Assembly (NCBI GenBank): GCA_010405405.1
Contig: MU004233.1
Location: forward strand, 2,272,539 to 2,336,538
Direction: 5' to 3'
Length of the DNA: 64,000 nt
Source of the DNA: Microthyrium microscopicum
Taxonomy: Eukaryota
The position numbers and the translations under genes were made by a program. Shown piece after piece: positions 13,201-26,659 of this stretch (within the stretch, counting starts at the first letter, position 1; each line of letters begins with the position of its first letter). The notes beneath the pieces are model-generated. The model searched no databases. It was not told the DNA's origin and saw nothing but the letters and a program-made list of their open reading frames with translations.

Positions 13201-13952
13201 AGCTCATCATATGTAACCCCCAGTCAGCAGGCTTGCTGAACTGATAGCTGCGATCAAAATGATCTCAAAGTAATATTTTTGTGCTCTGTCTATTGTAGGC
13301 TTTGTGGTTCCAAGCAAAATCACAAACAAGGTCTGAATTCTGTATGAGTATGGCAGAGTTCGGCATTATCCATTGAGTCTTTGTTTGGTTCGCAGCATGA
13401 TATAGCGGCATAACTCGTACAGTTTGTCCTCCGCCGGCGACGTTGGTGTCTACAGCTGCCGCTTTACCGATCACCAGACCCCACATATAATAATGCAACG
13501 CCATTTCTCATAGCTTACTGATTGTCTCTGATATACTGAAGCACAAAACCGTCACGATAGCTCAAAAAAGTTCAGGCGTCCCTATGAAAATCTTGGGCAA
13601 TGAGTATCGATGCTTCGCTACTGCGAGCAGAGCGTTCGCCATGCTCAGAATCAGTAGTGTTAGCCTGGATGCTTAAACTGATGTTCATTCATGGAGCCGT
13701 CTCAAAGTCAAGTAATAGCACTCCGCTACTTCTTTATAACAGTATCAACACAAAGGTTTTCCACAAACACGGTACAAACAATCTGTCAAACCACATCAAC
13801 CAGCAAACAAAACCATTACAATGTTAAGGTCGATTTGTGTTGGTCCATGATGTCTATAAATCCTTCTTCGACTTTCTCTTAGACTTCCACCGTCACCCCC
13901 TCTATGCTCAGACACTTCAATAACTTGAGTCACAAGAAGCGTAAACAATTCA

Positions 13953-15477
13953 ATGGCTAGAACCAAAAACAACAAGAATCGGTAGGACTCGAAAACTATC
14001 CGGTCCACGTCGACGGAGCTCTAATGATGTGTTTAGAAAAGCGATTGAGCGACCTAGGAGAAATACTCGTGCGCCCCAACGCTTTGACGATGAAGTCTTT
14101 GGCACACCTGACAAAGCTAATGTGAAGCCGGAGCCACCCCTGGATGATGAAGCAGTCGACCGGACTTACGAAGAGAACACCAGCCAGGACCCTAACGAGG
14201 CTCTGGTCGATGAGGGTGTTGGTTCACCCGATGCAGATACTGCGAACCCAGAGTCACAATCTGTCGTTCAAGATGTCGAGCAGGCTGATACGGCAGACAT
14301 GGATTTGGAAAAGCCTGGTGAAGGTGTTGTCGATGAAGATTCTGCACCGCCTGATACTGATAATGCGAATGCGGAGGAGCGTGCTCAGACAAGTACGGGA
14401 CAGCCTCCGGTACCTCCAAGCAAATCTCCTCCAGAATCGACACAACTGCCCATAGCTGCTACTGCTGCTGCCGCTTTGAGTGTTCTAGGCTCTCCTGCTA
14501 CTACTCAAGCTCCTCGGGGCAGCATGGGCCCACCTCCACCACCAGTTGCTACAGACTCTCCCAGTTCCACGCCTGCAGGAACTTCAAGCTCTGGACCAAG
14601 AGCTTCCAATACCACCAATACCACTTCCCTGGTCAGGGGAGTCAACGCGCCCCCCAGCAAGATATACCTTCCTAAATCTTATTCTACTCCCGAACCGCTC
14701 ATGCACTGGGTGCCAGTCAGTTATAGCGAGTTCGAAGTTATGAAAGCGAAAAGATACATCCTACCAATCACTTTGTCTGGGCCTACAGGCACTACACCGT
14801 GGGCTCAGACACCGGGTCGCACTGCTGAAAAGACCGTGTACTGGGTATGGATGACTGGTGCATTTCGTAATCTTCTCGCCGCGGAGGCTGGCATTCCGTT
14901 TGCCTTAGGTGAGCCAACTTCGTATACAGCGCCAACAATCGGCTATCCAAATTTGACGGGTAGGAGCCTAGCTACGTCACCGCCAGGTTGGGTTCAGCCA
15001 GGGGGTCCTCCACCGGTTGATGCGCAAGATTATGTTGGCTTGGAAGCGTGGCGACAGTCTGGAGGCCGTATTGAAGTTGAAGCTCCTGCCGGGCGGAATG
15101 AAACATTGAGAGGTAACCCAACGGTGATCGAAGGAGTGACTGGCGGGTATTGGCGAAGGCACCGATTTACTACGGCTGGTCCTGAGCTGATTGATCATGC
15201 TTTGAATGGAGCGAATGCTTCGACAACAACGCTTACTACAGATTCCATGGTAGTATCTGGTGTTACACACGGGAATGTTACCTCGTCTGCAACTCCTCTT
15301 GGACCTTCGTCTGGAACAGCTGCTGTAGCTCAGACTGCATCATCTGCTGGGCCTTCCTCCATAGCACCTGTAGGCACTTCGTCTACTGGTGCTGACAGAC
15401 CCTCATATTCAACTGTAGCTCGATCAGAGACTGCAGTACCCAGTGCAGCTCCGTCCTCGGCGTCCGGAGCTGCTTAA
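13953..15477 (+). CDS. Hypothetical protein: MARTK N-terminus, acidic and Pro/Ser/Thr-rich regions, central Trp-containing segment
   Basis: Exon 1 13953-13981 and intron 13982-14036 (GTAGGA...CTAAT...TAG) join in frame to the 482-codon ORF. Confidence 0.7.
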
Positions 15478-16015
15478 GCTGATGCAGGAACATTGTCGTA
15501 ACCCGCCGTTGCAAGTGTTGCTCAGATTATGCAGCCATAATTGTTCACCTTCACATTAGGTAGTGATGCAGCAAGATGATCAGCTCGTTGCTTAATCGAG
15601 TTGAGTAGTTCGAGATAGAATTCTGCTTGCAGGAAACAAGTTAGAAATGCATGAAATTTGACAAAATGTGTCTGTAGCATTGTCGTGTCATGTTGCAGGG
15701 GTCCAGTCCTCAATTTGAGGCTTCACGATAACAAAATCTTGTCAGACATGTGAAATGATCGAATTGTTTTCCAGATATCAATGGCTCTTACATACGCCAA
15801 TACTTTACCGATCCATGGGGAGAAGTCGGGAGGTGGCGAGTGCATCACTGCGCCACAGTTGGGCACATTGGAAAAATCCGCGCTCAGAATTCGTGGTTCT
15901 TCTTTACATGGATACCAAAAAATATTGACTTGATTGATCTTACAGAAATGCGTGTCTAAGCGATGAAAGACACTGTGATTCCGTGTATCGCGAAAACTGG
16001 AGTCTTGAATTCTCT

Positions 16016-16656
16016 CTATATAGAAAAGAAGAACACAGACACACCAGCAAGCAGCATTACTAGGATATTGGACTTGACAAAAGCGTGGTCTGCGACACTT
16101 ACTATGAAGAATTAGACAGATTACGAGCCGAGAGACTACCGAGATCGAACTCACCTTTGCTAGTCGGGGTTGGATACACATATGGTGTCGTACTCGCCGG
16201 TACCTGAGCCAGCACTCCATCTGCATCTGCTGTCATGAAAGCAAGAGCACTTTGTCCATTACCAAGCCACCCTTGGTCCCTAGTAGTATTCAGGCTGAAT
16301 GTGGACCCATTTAATGTATAAGTCCAGGTAATAGAACACCAAGACAGTTCCGATCTATCTAGAGAAATACAGCTAGAGTTTTGTCTTTCATCTGGCCCAA
16401 ATTGGTTGAGGTAAGAGTAGTAGGAAGGAGCATCAGTGACGGTTATATTCTGTTGCTGATAGGCTGTTACTGTGTATATTGTTGTTGAGTTGATGACCGT
16501 GGCATTCATTAGAGTTATGCTTGTCCATGGAGCTCTAGGTGGAAATCTGTATGTGAGGGGCGAAGGCGTTATGGTGGTCGTAGGATTTGGAGGACTTTGT
16601 CCCATCACATGCAGGGCCAGCGGCGCCCAGAAAAGAGTGTAGAAAGTATTTTTCAT
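16016..16656 (-). CDS. Secreted Thr-rich protein, probably GPI-anchored
   Basis: Signal peptide MKNTFYTLFWAPLALHVMG. Intron 16154-16102 (GTGAGT...CTAAT...TAG) gives the hydrophobic tail ...KSNILVMLLAGVSVFFFSI*. Several NxS/T sequons. Confidence 0.7.
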
Positions 16657-17411
16657 CTTGCGTGTTCTTTGGCATCAAATAGCAGCATTGTTGAAGTGTT
16701 CACTTTTCAGGTGGATCTATATATTATCCGCGATCTTACCATGGGAGGCTAAGGCTTGTGTTCTTATGTTGTACCGCACAGTAGACTGAAGTTCTAGGAT
16801 GACCGCGTGTATGACCATGAACCTTACAGAGCTTGTGCAAGTTTGGAAGGTAGAATACTTGTTGGATTCCAGAGTTGAATCCTTCGACCGGGTATGGCAG
16901 CTAGGATGGTGAATCCGACAGGACAGGTTCAGCGCCACACTATATGATTTGCATATATTTTGATCCTACAACAACTCTTTATATTCCAATAGCCGAGTTA
17001 TAGATTTGATTCTACCAGTCATGGAACAACGGGAATCACGTTGTTGAGATGTATTCAATCTGCGATTTGATTATTTGGGTGCCAGAGGGACAGGTTCGAG
17101 GCTTTGTTGACTCATGAGTCTCTGTGGAATATCGACTTCGAAACGACCACAGAGATCGTGTTGCTAAACTACAAAGGCTGGCACTTGTAAGCACAGGGTT
17201 GAAAGCAAGTGTATCTTGAGAAATGCAATTTATCTGCTCTAATTGTACCAGACACAACGTCCTCTGTGTTAAAAAGAAATCATAGAATTTCTCGCAAGGC
17301 CGAATGAAATGAAAAAGGAGTAACTAAGGTGCTCAAGGTCAACCTGATCTGTATATGATTCCAACAAACTATAGGCTATAGTACAATGAAAATTGACGGG
17401 TTTTCTAGTCC

Positions 17412-20400
17412 TCACGCATTGATTGTGTTGAGCCTAGTGGCATTGGCCCACAGCAAATCTCCTGCGGTGGAGTTTGAGCTTGATGGCACAAACAGACCAT
17501 TGCAATGTTCACCATTCTTAGTTGGCTGACAGCATTTACGATCGCAGGTACATGTCAACTTCTTTAACTGGGGAATTGCATCCATGATAGTTCTTCCATC
17601 GACGTCTTTGGCGTTCATGCATTTGCAAAACCTATGGATGGACACGTATTAACTTTGCATGCCTCGTACGACTCAAGGGTAACCAAAGAACAAACTTACA
17701 TGTTGGCGGCAGTATTCGGTGCAGCCACAGTTGACATGAATGCATCCAGAGTTAGGTCTCCAAAGTTATTGTTGCATACTGGTATATTAAACAAGCCAGG
17801 ATTCGTAAATATCTTGTGCTGGTTGCTGGTACCAAGTAAAGATTGCTTCGATGTAAGATCAGTCGTATAGCTGTCACCGCCGGCAGAGTTGCTAGCTACA
17901 CTGCCTATAATCATATCCGTGGCAGTGAAAGCAAATGTACCACCGTAAAGTTTCTGGTTGAGGTATGAGCAATCAGGAGCAAGCGAGGTACTAAATACTA
18001 GTAGTGTAAGAGGAGGAGAGAGAGGGTGTACTCACATCTCTACCAGGAGACTCGAGATTGTAGCCGATGGATTTGCTTAAAGCATTTGGTCTGGAACTTT
18101 ACCGCAGATGTGTCATTAGCATGCCTTCTGGTCACTTGAAAGTCTCTGCAGGCTTACTTTTGTACGTAACATCCACTACTACTATCTTTGTCATACCATG
18201 TTAGGTTTTTGTTAATCCCATAACCTTTTTTGAAAGAGTAAGTATCAACTAGAACCCGCAAATTAGTTGTCAAAAAAGGAAATATCAAAGTCGTTGGGGA
18301 CACAAACAAGTATTTTGTGACATTCGATAACATCCAATCCAGGTATTTTGCTGCTTCCACAATTGGTTGATAATAGAAGCAACCATAACATTATAGAAGA
18401 GGTCGTTGACATCCTTTTGTTGTTAGTAGTGCTCTATCCTGTCAATGAAAGGTCTTTTACTGTTTGCGGCAGTTTTATTCCCTCAATTTGACTCGTTGCT
18501 AGTATTGCTTGGTAATTGGCAAAATCCCCATTTGCAAATAGATCGAGCATTTGATCCTGACCATTACCTTTGTTTCCAGGTAAGAGCTTCTTAGGCTGCT
18601 CAACAAACGACGTAAAATTTGTACTCAAAGCTTTCTGCATTGTGGTTGCCCAGTCTGTAGCAATTATGGAAACCCGCCTTGTCAGTAAAAGAATCCACAT
18701 AACAAGTGAAATGAGCTCGAAAGAAGGAAGTCTTCGGGGCAACCTACAGTTCTAGCCAGTTCTGAATTTTCAACTCTGGCTCGCCCTCTTGAAAGGACCC
18801 TATGATCCCCGAAATGATAAAGGCAACAACATTTGCTGCTGCCTCTGCCACTACGTTACCACTGATGATTGCAGCTGTGGTGAGACCCCCGGCAATAGCG
18901 TTCAGAGTTTCTATTTTGTCCAAATCTTGATGTCCACTGGGAAAAAAGGTGTCTTGTATTTGTCCTTTGTGAGCATTTAGTAGAATAGGAGCCTGTCCAA
19001 TTGCGTTATATGCAGAGTGGATGACCTGTTCTCATTCAGTGCTAATCAGCAAGCTTGAAGAAGTTAACCCACAGCGTTGTAATTGGCAATTGATAGCTGA
19101 ACGTAGTATTTCCATCCCAGCTCATCATTGGCAGTGTTGTCAGACCTTAGTACATTGATACAATCCGGTCTTGGACACGGCTAATCGTTGTCGAGCTTAC
19201 CACATACTGTGAATGACTCGCCATTACCAATGGGAAAAGAAAAGTCGCCTATGAAATCGTTGCCAGTATAGCTATTGAGGTATTGTCGTAATTGTCTGTC
19301 GACCTCTAATGCTTGGTACATTTCTGCATCAGGCTGAGTAGCATCTATAGGAAGCTTAGAAAACGGCAATATCACCGCAGAGGATATGTATACTTTTCTC
19401 TAACACAGAACATTGACTCTCAGGCCCAACCGGATAAGCTCCGCCTTTGTTAGGCTGAGGAGTAGGACCGGCATCTGGTTGGGTGTTTATTGGAGTTGGG
19501 ACCACTGTGTTGGTAGGATTCCACGAATAACTTGTAGATGTGACCGTCGCAATGGCTCCGTCGGTTGAAAAGCAGCCGGCTCCACCAACTGGACCGCCCA
19601 CTGGGGCAGCTGATGGGGATGGTGCAATGACACATCTAGAGTGTCCAGAAGCCTGCAACTCGTTAGATTGTATCCAAAGCATGAGGGTCGGTATTTCGGT
19701 TGTGTCAGGTGATGGAAATTTATGTGGCAATATAGTATCTTTCAAGATGTTTCATCAGTCGACGCAGGTCAAAGACAAAAGCATACTGCCTTTTCAAGAA
19801 ACAGGACATAAATATTAACTGACCTGGTCTCCGTTATACCCTGTAACACAAAACATCTAATATAAAAACTGCCATTAGCGATATCAACAGCGTGTAAGTT
19901 TTGCATTGCTTACAAAGTTCCACACTCCCGGAAACAAGAAGTAAACCTCGGCGGAGGTTGCTGTTGAATAGCCATAGTTACCGGTGTAAGCCAAGACATC
20001 ACTGGCGTTGTTGACACTGCGTTGCCAAATCGTATAGCCCGCAGCATCTGGCGAGCCACACCAGGTTAGAGCAACAGTCGTTGGATATAAAGCGACAGCT
20101 TGTAGATTTTCAGGTGCTGGCGGAGCACCTCGACCTACTACCACACCGTTGCCAGCACCAGGAAAGCCACCGCCATGAGAATTCCAGGCCTCTACAGCTG
20201 TGTAGTAGTGGTGTCCAGGTTTCAGTCCGGTTACTGTCAGACTTGTTCCTATCACTCCATAATCGTTCACATAACTTCCCGGAGCGGAGACATCATATAC
20301 CAAGGCACCATACTGGAATATTCCGTCAGAGTTCTGGCCTGTCGGTGGAGACCAGGAAAACTTGATGCCATCAGCTGTTGGACTTGTGACTACATTTCCT

Positions 20401-21686
20401 GGCGGAGGGGGTGTTTTAGACTTTGCTGTAGCCGTAACAACACCTGTCCAAGCCTATATTAATTAGCTGAACGATCTTCGTGTTGACCTAGAAGTAGAAT
20501 GCAAGACTGAACTTACCGAAATACAGGAAGGGCCATTGTTAGTGCGCACTTGATACTGCCACTCCCAGCCATCCTCAGTCCATGTTGTATCCCACCGGTT
20601 GGTACCCAAAGTTAGTGTCTGAGATGTTCCTGCTTTGACATTGGTCGATATTATATCATAGCCAAAGGCACCAAAAACGGAGTCCCAGGTGATTGTAACC
20701 CCATCGTCAGATCCTGTTGCAACAAGATTGGAAGGCGTAGGGCAAGCTTTTATCTGTATGTCTGTTTGAATCTGAAGCGAGCTTTTCCCAATGCCGAGAC
20801 CATTGACCAGAGCTTGCGCAAAAGCCGAAGCTATTTGGTATTCTCCAAATGAGTTTGGGTGGAGTCCATCATGACCGGCAGGACACCCGTTCGGGCTGCA
20901 GGCATAATTGCCGGCAAAATCGACGAGGACAATTGGACTAGACGGCGTACTCCAAGTTGGGATAGCTTTCGCTAGGAGGGTGTTGTAGAGTGTCGTTGCC
21001 GGAGGCAGATCGTCCCTTCCCATGATGAAGGTTCGCTGTGGAACATTGGCAATCGCAATTTTGAGGTTGGCACGCCCAGCTCTTGCATTGTTTACCAGAT
21101 TCTGCATGCAATTGAGTGTTCCTTGGGAGTCACTGACGAAAAATCCAATATCATTGAATCCCAGTTCGATAAGCAGTAGATCGGGATTGTATTGAGAGAC
21201 AATACTGATCGAGTAAGTCTCAGCTCCAATGGAAAACATTGAAAGCTTACCTTTGGATTTGGGAAACGTCTTGGGCGCATTGTCGTCCCCATACAGCAAA
21301 GTGATTGCTGTTGAATGCACCACCAGCATATGTTCCGTCGACCGAAATGGGGGAGTCAGACCCGACACCCCCAACAATAGGTGGCGGAGAGGGTGCTACA
21401 GGTGGGTTTGCTTTGTGAGTACCGGTATATGGACCGACAAAGTTGAAGCCAAGGCCTTTCAGTACCGTTAGCCAAAAGCACAGAAATATTGAAAAGTACA
21501 ATCACCTTCATCCTGTGCCCATTGATAGAGTCTATATCGCCAGGTCCAATCGCCTTCCCATCCTTATGAAATAGATTCACCCACAACTAGAACGTTGAGT
21601 CCCGCTTGTTGTCCAGCCTCGACTTTTGATAGCAACGCACATACGATACTCAGAACCAGGCAGTAGCCTGTTGTAGTCAACCGCAT
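17412..21686 (-). pseudogene. Secreted SGNH/GDSL hydrolase + fibronectin type III repeats + Cys-rich C-terminal domain, carrying two in-frame stops
   Basis: Signal peptide MRLTTTGYCLVLSIVCALL; block I VVGESIS*GWEGDWTWRYRL; LGFND; DGLHPN; FN3-like W..V.GA.GY, LKPGHHYYTAVEAWN and LTWCGSPDAAGYTIW segments; C-terminal PGLFNIPVC. TAA at 21566-21564 and TAG at 19183-19181. More than 10 plausible introns. Confidence 0.75.
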
Positions 21687-23053
21687 ATTCAGAACGCAAT
21701 TCTTGAGCAATCTGGTCTGGCTTATAAAGGTTGATATTATACGCGATTGAAAAGGCAATGTGAACCTATCACAGAGACAATTCACAGTACTACTGTGTAC
21801 TTATAGTACATGTCCTCATGATTCCTTCGTACTTACCTGGAGCCAGACTCGTCATCTATCAATATATTATGAGAACGCGGTACTACTCTACAATCTTGGA
21901 ACCTAGAACTTGGAAAATTTGACATAGCCTGACTTATTGTTGGGATTTTGGGAGGATTTGATGCAAAATTTGTAGGAGTACAACATAACCTTGTGTCGCG
22001 AAAAACCATGAGAATTGCGGCGAGGTAGCGCAAAGAGTTACTGGGGTCTCATAACATCAATTCCAACTGAATGTCACAGTTCCAATTCAAGGGTGTAGTT
22101 AGCTTCGAAAGGAGCTATAAGATTACTCTGCCTCGCCGCAATACAGTTCAGTGCGGTAGGTCCTTTCATTTTCCAGGCTGAGATGGCGTATCGCCAGAAT
22201 ACTCTAAACGTAAACCTCAGTATCTGCAACGTGGAAAAATCTGGTACTGATCGTATCGAAATCGACTCTACGATTACTATTGTCTTCATTCTTTTCTTCC
22301 ATCCTATGGAGCTGATCGAGTTCCTAACGTATAGATGAAAGATCGAGTCTCAATGCAGAATTAGAGACTATACTGTGCCGCTTTGTTCTGATCAGAGTTC
22401 TGGCAGTTGGATCCCTTCATTGTTAAATCCTTATCCAAATTTGACCATCCAGGCGCAGCTCTTGCACAACTACACCTGGGCCTTCATAGTTAGGATCCAG
22501 TCATGACTGCAATGGATGATTCCAGTCAAGGAAGCATTGCACTGAGCATGAAGGATCCAGAAACCGGACATGGGTGTATCGGTGCCTGGGGACGGCAACA
22601 GCGGTAGGGCTCCAGGATCAGCTGGTGATCATCCGCATTACCTGGGTTGAATGGCAGTATATGCTATGAGTCTGATGCGGTGAAAGGTAAGCTGGCCTAG
22701 TAGACGATCAAGCCGGGCTGCTTTTCGAAGTTGATGCGACTGCTCGTTCGCTATAAGGCTGATGACAAGGCTGAGCTAGGGGCTTCCGATGTAGGTGGGG
22801 TGCCGTCGCACTTGCCCCTCTTACTAGAGTACATCATACCCAATATTTGTAAACACTGCCCGTTCACATCTAGGACTCGATTCAAATTCTGCTTGGATCT
22901 CACATACTGCCTTTCTCAACCCAGCCGTACACGCGGATCGCGCGCGACCTCATTCCTTGGTCTCTGCGCTCGAGGACCTTAACCTGTTCTTGGCTTTTGC
23001 CTCATTCTCCCCATCACAGCCTCAAGCGCTCCCTTTCTACTAGCATCGTAACC

Positions 23054-26000
23054 ATGACCCGCCCATCGGGTTTCAAGAAGATCCAACATTTCACATCTAG
23101 TTATGCTGGCGCTAAGATCACCCAATACGAATCCCTCAACACGGGGATGAGAGTGATAGTTCTAGATCGACAATCAACCAAAGTCAATGGCGATTTTTGC
23201 CTGGCAACTGAGATACATGATGATTCTGGAGCTCCTCATACGCTCGAACATCTCATCTTCATGGTAACACAGCTTCTGATGATTCCTTCATCTTTTTCAG
23301 TAAGACGAGAAATAGACTAATTGCCCATGTAGGGATCAAAAACTCATCAATACAAAGGAGTATTGGACAAACTAGCAAACAGAGCTTACTCTTCGACAAA
23401 TGCATGGACAGCGACTGATCACACCAACTACACACTAGAAACGGCCGGTTGGGCTGGTTTCGCTCAAATCGTAAGAAAAGACAAATCGGCAGTTTTTCGA
23501 GATCTGACTGATATAGCTCCCAATTTACCTCGAACATGTCATTTTGCCTACACTAACAGACTCGGGATGTTATACAGAAGTTCATCATATTGATGGTGAA
23601 GGAAACGATGCTGGAGTGGTTTACTCTGAAATGCAAGCGCTTGAGAACAACTCCGGCGAACTCATGGACATAGAATCCAAAAGACTTATGTTTCCGGAAC
23701 CCATTGGGTTCAGATACGAAACAGGAGGACTTACCCCGGCATTGCGAGTTCTTACTAATGAGAAAATCCGCGAGTTCCATAAGCTCATGTATCAACCGAA
23801 GAACCTTCGCGTGATGCTCTGCGGCCAAGTGGACCACAATCAACTTCTGGAAATTTTAGACAAATTCGAAAGCACGATTCTTCCACATGTTCCTAAGATT
23901 GATGAGCCCTTCAAGCGTCCTTGGGTTGACTCTGAGAAGATCCCTTCGATCAAGGAGAATATAGTGAAGAGGATCGAGTTTCCTGAGGAAGATGAATCGA
24001 TTGGTGAAGTCTCGGTGAATTTGTTTGGTCCGGACTGCCTGAACCATCTTGAAGGTGAGCTAGTCTATAAAAAGCCCGTCGTGTGCAGAGTAATAACAGC
24101 AAGCAGTAAGAGCTCTTACAGTGATTACGGAATATCTCTCAGGATCGTCCGCTGCGCTATTGCAAAACGTGCTTGTTGAAAAGGAACAACTCGCATCCAG
24201 CGTTGATGTTTACTTAGCCACCCGTCCAAAGATGCTCATTTCCATTCAGATGAGTAGTGTGGAAACGGAAAAACTCGAAGCGGTAGAAAAGCGACTTTGG
24301 GAAGTGTTGGAAACAGCTTTATCAGAGCCTTTGGATATGCAATACCTGCTCGACTGTTTGAGACGCTTGCGCAAGCGATTCGTATATGAAGCTGAATGCA
24401 GATTGGACTTCTTCACGGACGATGTCATCTGTGATCATTTGTACGCTAGCCGAGACGGCAAGGATCTCGAGGATGCTCTCGAGTCGCTTGAAGGCTATGA
24501 GATACTGGAGCATTGGTCAGAAGCGCAGTGGAAGGAGTTTATCACCAAATACTTCATCAAGAACCCGCATGTATCCATCCTTGGAGTCCCGTCAATGAAA
24601 GTTTCAGAAGACTTGAAAGCAGCAGAGAAAGAGCGAATTGAGAAGCGGCTGGAGAAACTTGGACCAGATGGACTCAAGGAACTCGCCACGAAATTAGAAG
24701 CTGCGAAGAAGGCAAATGATGTGCCGGTTCCAGACGGCCTCTTTCAATCTCTTCCAGTTCCTAGCTCAGACACCATCCCATGGATTTCTACAACTACTGC
24801 ACAATCAGGATTGGCCAAAGCGAGTCCTCCTTTGCAAAACAGCATTCAAAAAATCGTGGACAAGGACAGCAAGATTCCGCTTTCAATACACTTTGAGCAT
24901 ACTCAGGCCAAGTGTGTCTACTTCAGCGTAGTGCTCTTCTCTGACAAGATTCCAATCCCTCTGATGCCCCTGTTGAATGTATACCAGGCCAATTTCTTCA
25001 GTACTCCTATAATGCGAAATGGCGTTCGCTTGGAGTTTGAAGACATGATCAAAGATCTTGAACGTGACACGATTAGCTACAGCTTTGAGTGCTGTAGTTT
25101 CAATCATACAGAGTCAATTCGATTAAAGTTCGTCGTTGAAACTGAAAAGTATGCCACTGGCATCTCATGGCTACGAGACCTTGTGTTCAACAAGATCTTC
25201 GACCCTGAACGATTAAAGATCTCCGTTGGCAAGTTGCTAGCCGATATCCCAGTTCTGAAGCGAGATGGCAGCAACATGGCTCAATCAGTTGACAACATGA
25301 TCCACTACATACCCCAATCATCCGTTCGAGCCCAAAACACTCTCGTCAACGCACTCTACCTAAAGCGCATCAAGCGAATGCTCAACCACGAACCCGACAC
25401 CGTCATCAAGCAACTCGAAACTCTCTGCCAATCCCTCTACACCTTCGACAACATACGCTGCCTCGTTACCGCCGACGTCGAAAGTCTCTCGCACCCAGTC
25501 TACTCCTGGGACCCCTTCCTCTCCATGCTCATACCAACTTCTTCCCTCCGCCCTATCCGACCCACCCTCGACTTCCGCAGCGAAGCCGCCAACAAACCAG
25601 GCGGTCTCTCCTACATAATCCCCATGGCCACCAACGACTCCGCCTACGCCTACTTTACCACGCGCACCATCACCGGCTTCTCACACCCACGTCTTCCAGC
25701 CCTCCTAATCGCACTATCCTATCTCGACGCCACCGACGGGCCCCTCTGGACCGCCGTGCGTGGCTCTGGACTAGCTTACGGGACAAACTTTGAATACAGC
25801 TGTTCCACAGGCACATTGAAACTCAGCATCTACCGCAGCCCCGAAGCCTACAAAGCGTTCGAGGCATCAAAACACATCGTCAGTGAGTTTGTCAACGGTA
25901 CGAAGAAAATTGATGAGTTTGCAATGGAGGGCGCGGTAAGTAATGTGGTCTTGAGTTATGCCAATGAGCAGACGACGATCATTCAGGCGGCACTACTTGG

Positions 26001-26419
26001 GTTTGTGAATCCGGTGATTTTGGGCATTCCGCGGGATTATAGTGTGAGTATTTTGAGGGAGGTTAAGAAGGTTAGTGGGGAGGAGGTGGTTGCTGCGATG
26101 AGGGAGTTTATTTTGCCGGTCTTTGATCCGAAGACGGCGAATATGGTTGTTACGTGTGCGCCGGCTATGAAAGAGGTAAGTAGTTTATGTTTGATTCTTG
26201 GTGGGTTTGGCTAATAAGTGGTAGGGGCTCGTGGAGAATTTTAAGGGGAAGGGGTTTAAGGCTGAGGTGCAGACTTTGGACTTCTTTCAGGATGATTATG
26301 GGTTGAAGGCGGTAGGGGATGAGGAAGACGATGATGAAGATGATGAGGAAGATGATGACGATGAAGATGACGATGAGGAAGAGGAGGATGAGTCCGACAA
26401 GTCCCAGGACGAAAAGTAA
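23054..26419 (+). CDS. Peptidase M16 (insulinase-like) zinc metalloprotease, yeast YOL098C/Sdd3-like, with acidic tail
   Basis: Inverted zincin motif DDSGAPHTLEHL, TNAWTATDHTNY and DAGVVYSEMQ; GPLWTAVRGSGLAYG. Four GT-AG introns; poly-D/E C-terminus. Confidence 0.9.
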
Positions 26420-26659
26420 GCAGTTTGTTCGCGATATGGATCTGTCGTTGTGAAAGTTGCCTCAAGGCTCCTAGCGACGGCCAGCTTCCGTGGTTGTTTA
26501 GGTATTATTCAAAGAGTATCAGATACAGGCCGGAGCATATGTAGAGGCAGTGACAGCCAAGTTGATACCGCCCATATTACTCAAGCAGTCAACATGTTTG
26601 TATGGGTATCTCCTAATATTACAATAACATAGCAGCTGAAATATAAAGTATATCATACA

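Noticed and set aside
26318..26392. GAT/GAA/GAC trinucleotide-like run
   Set aside because: Encodes the acidic tail of the M16 protease; not an independent repeat.
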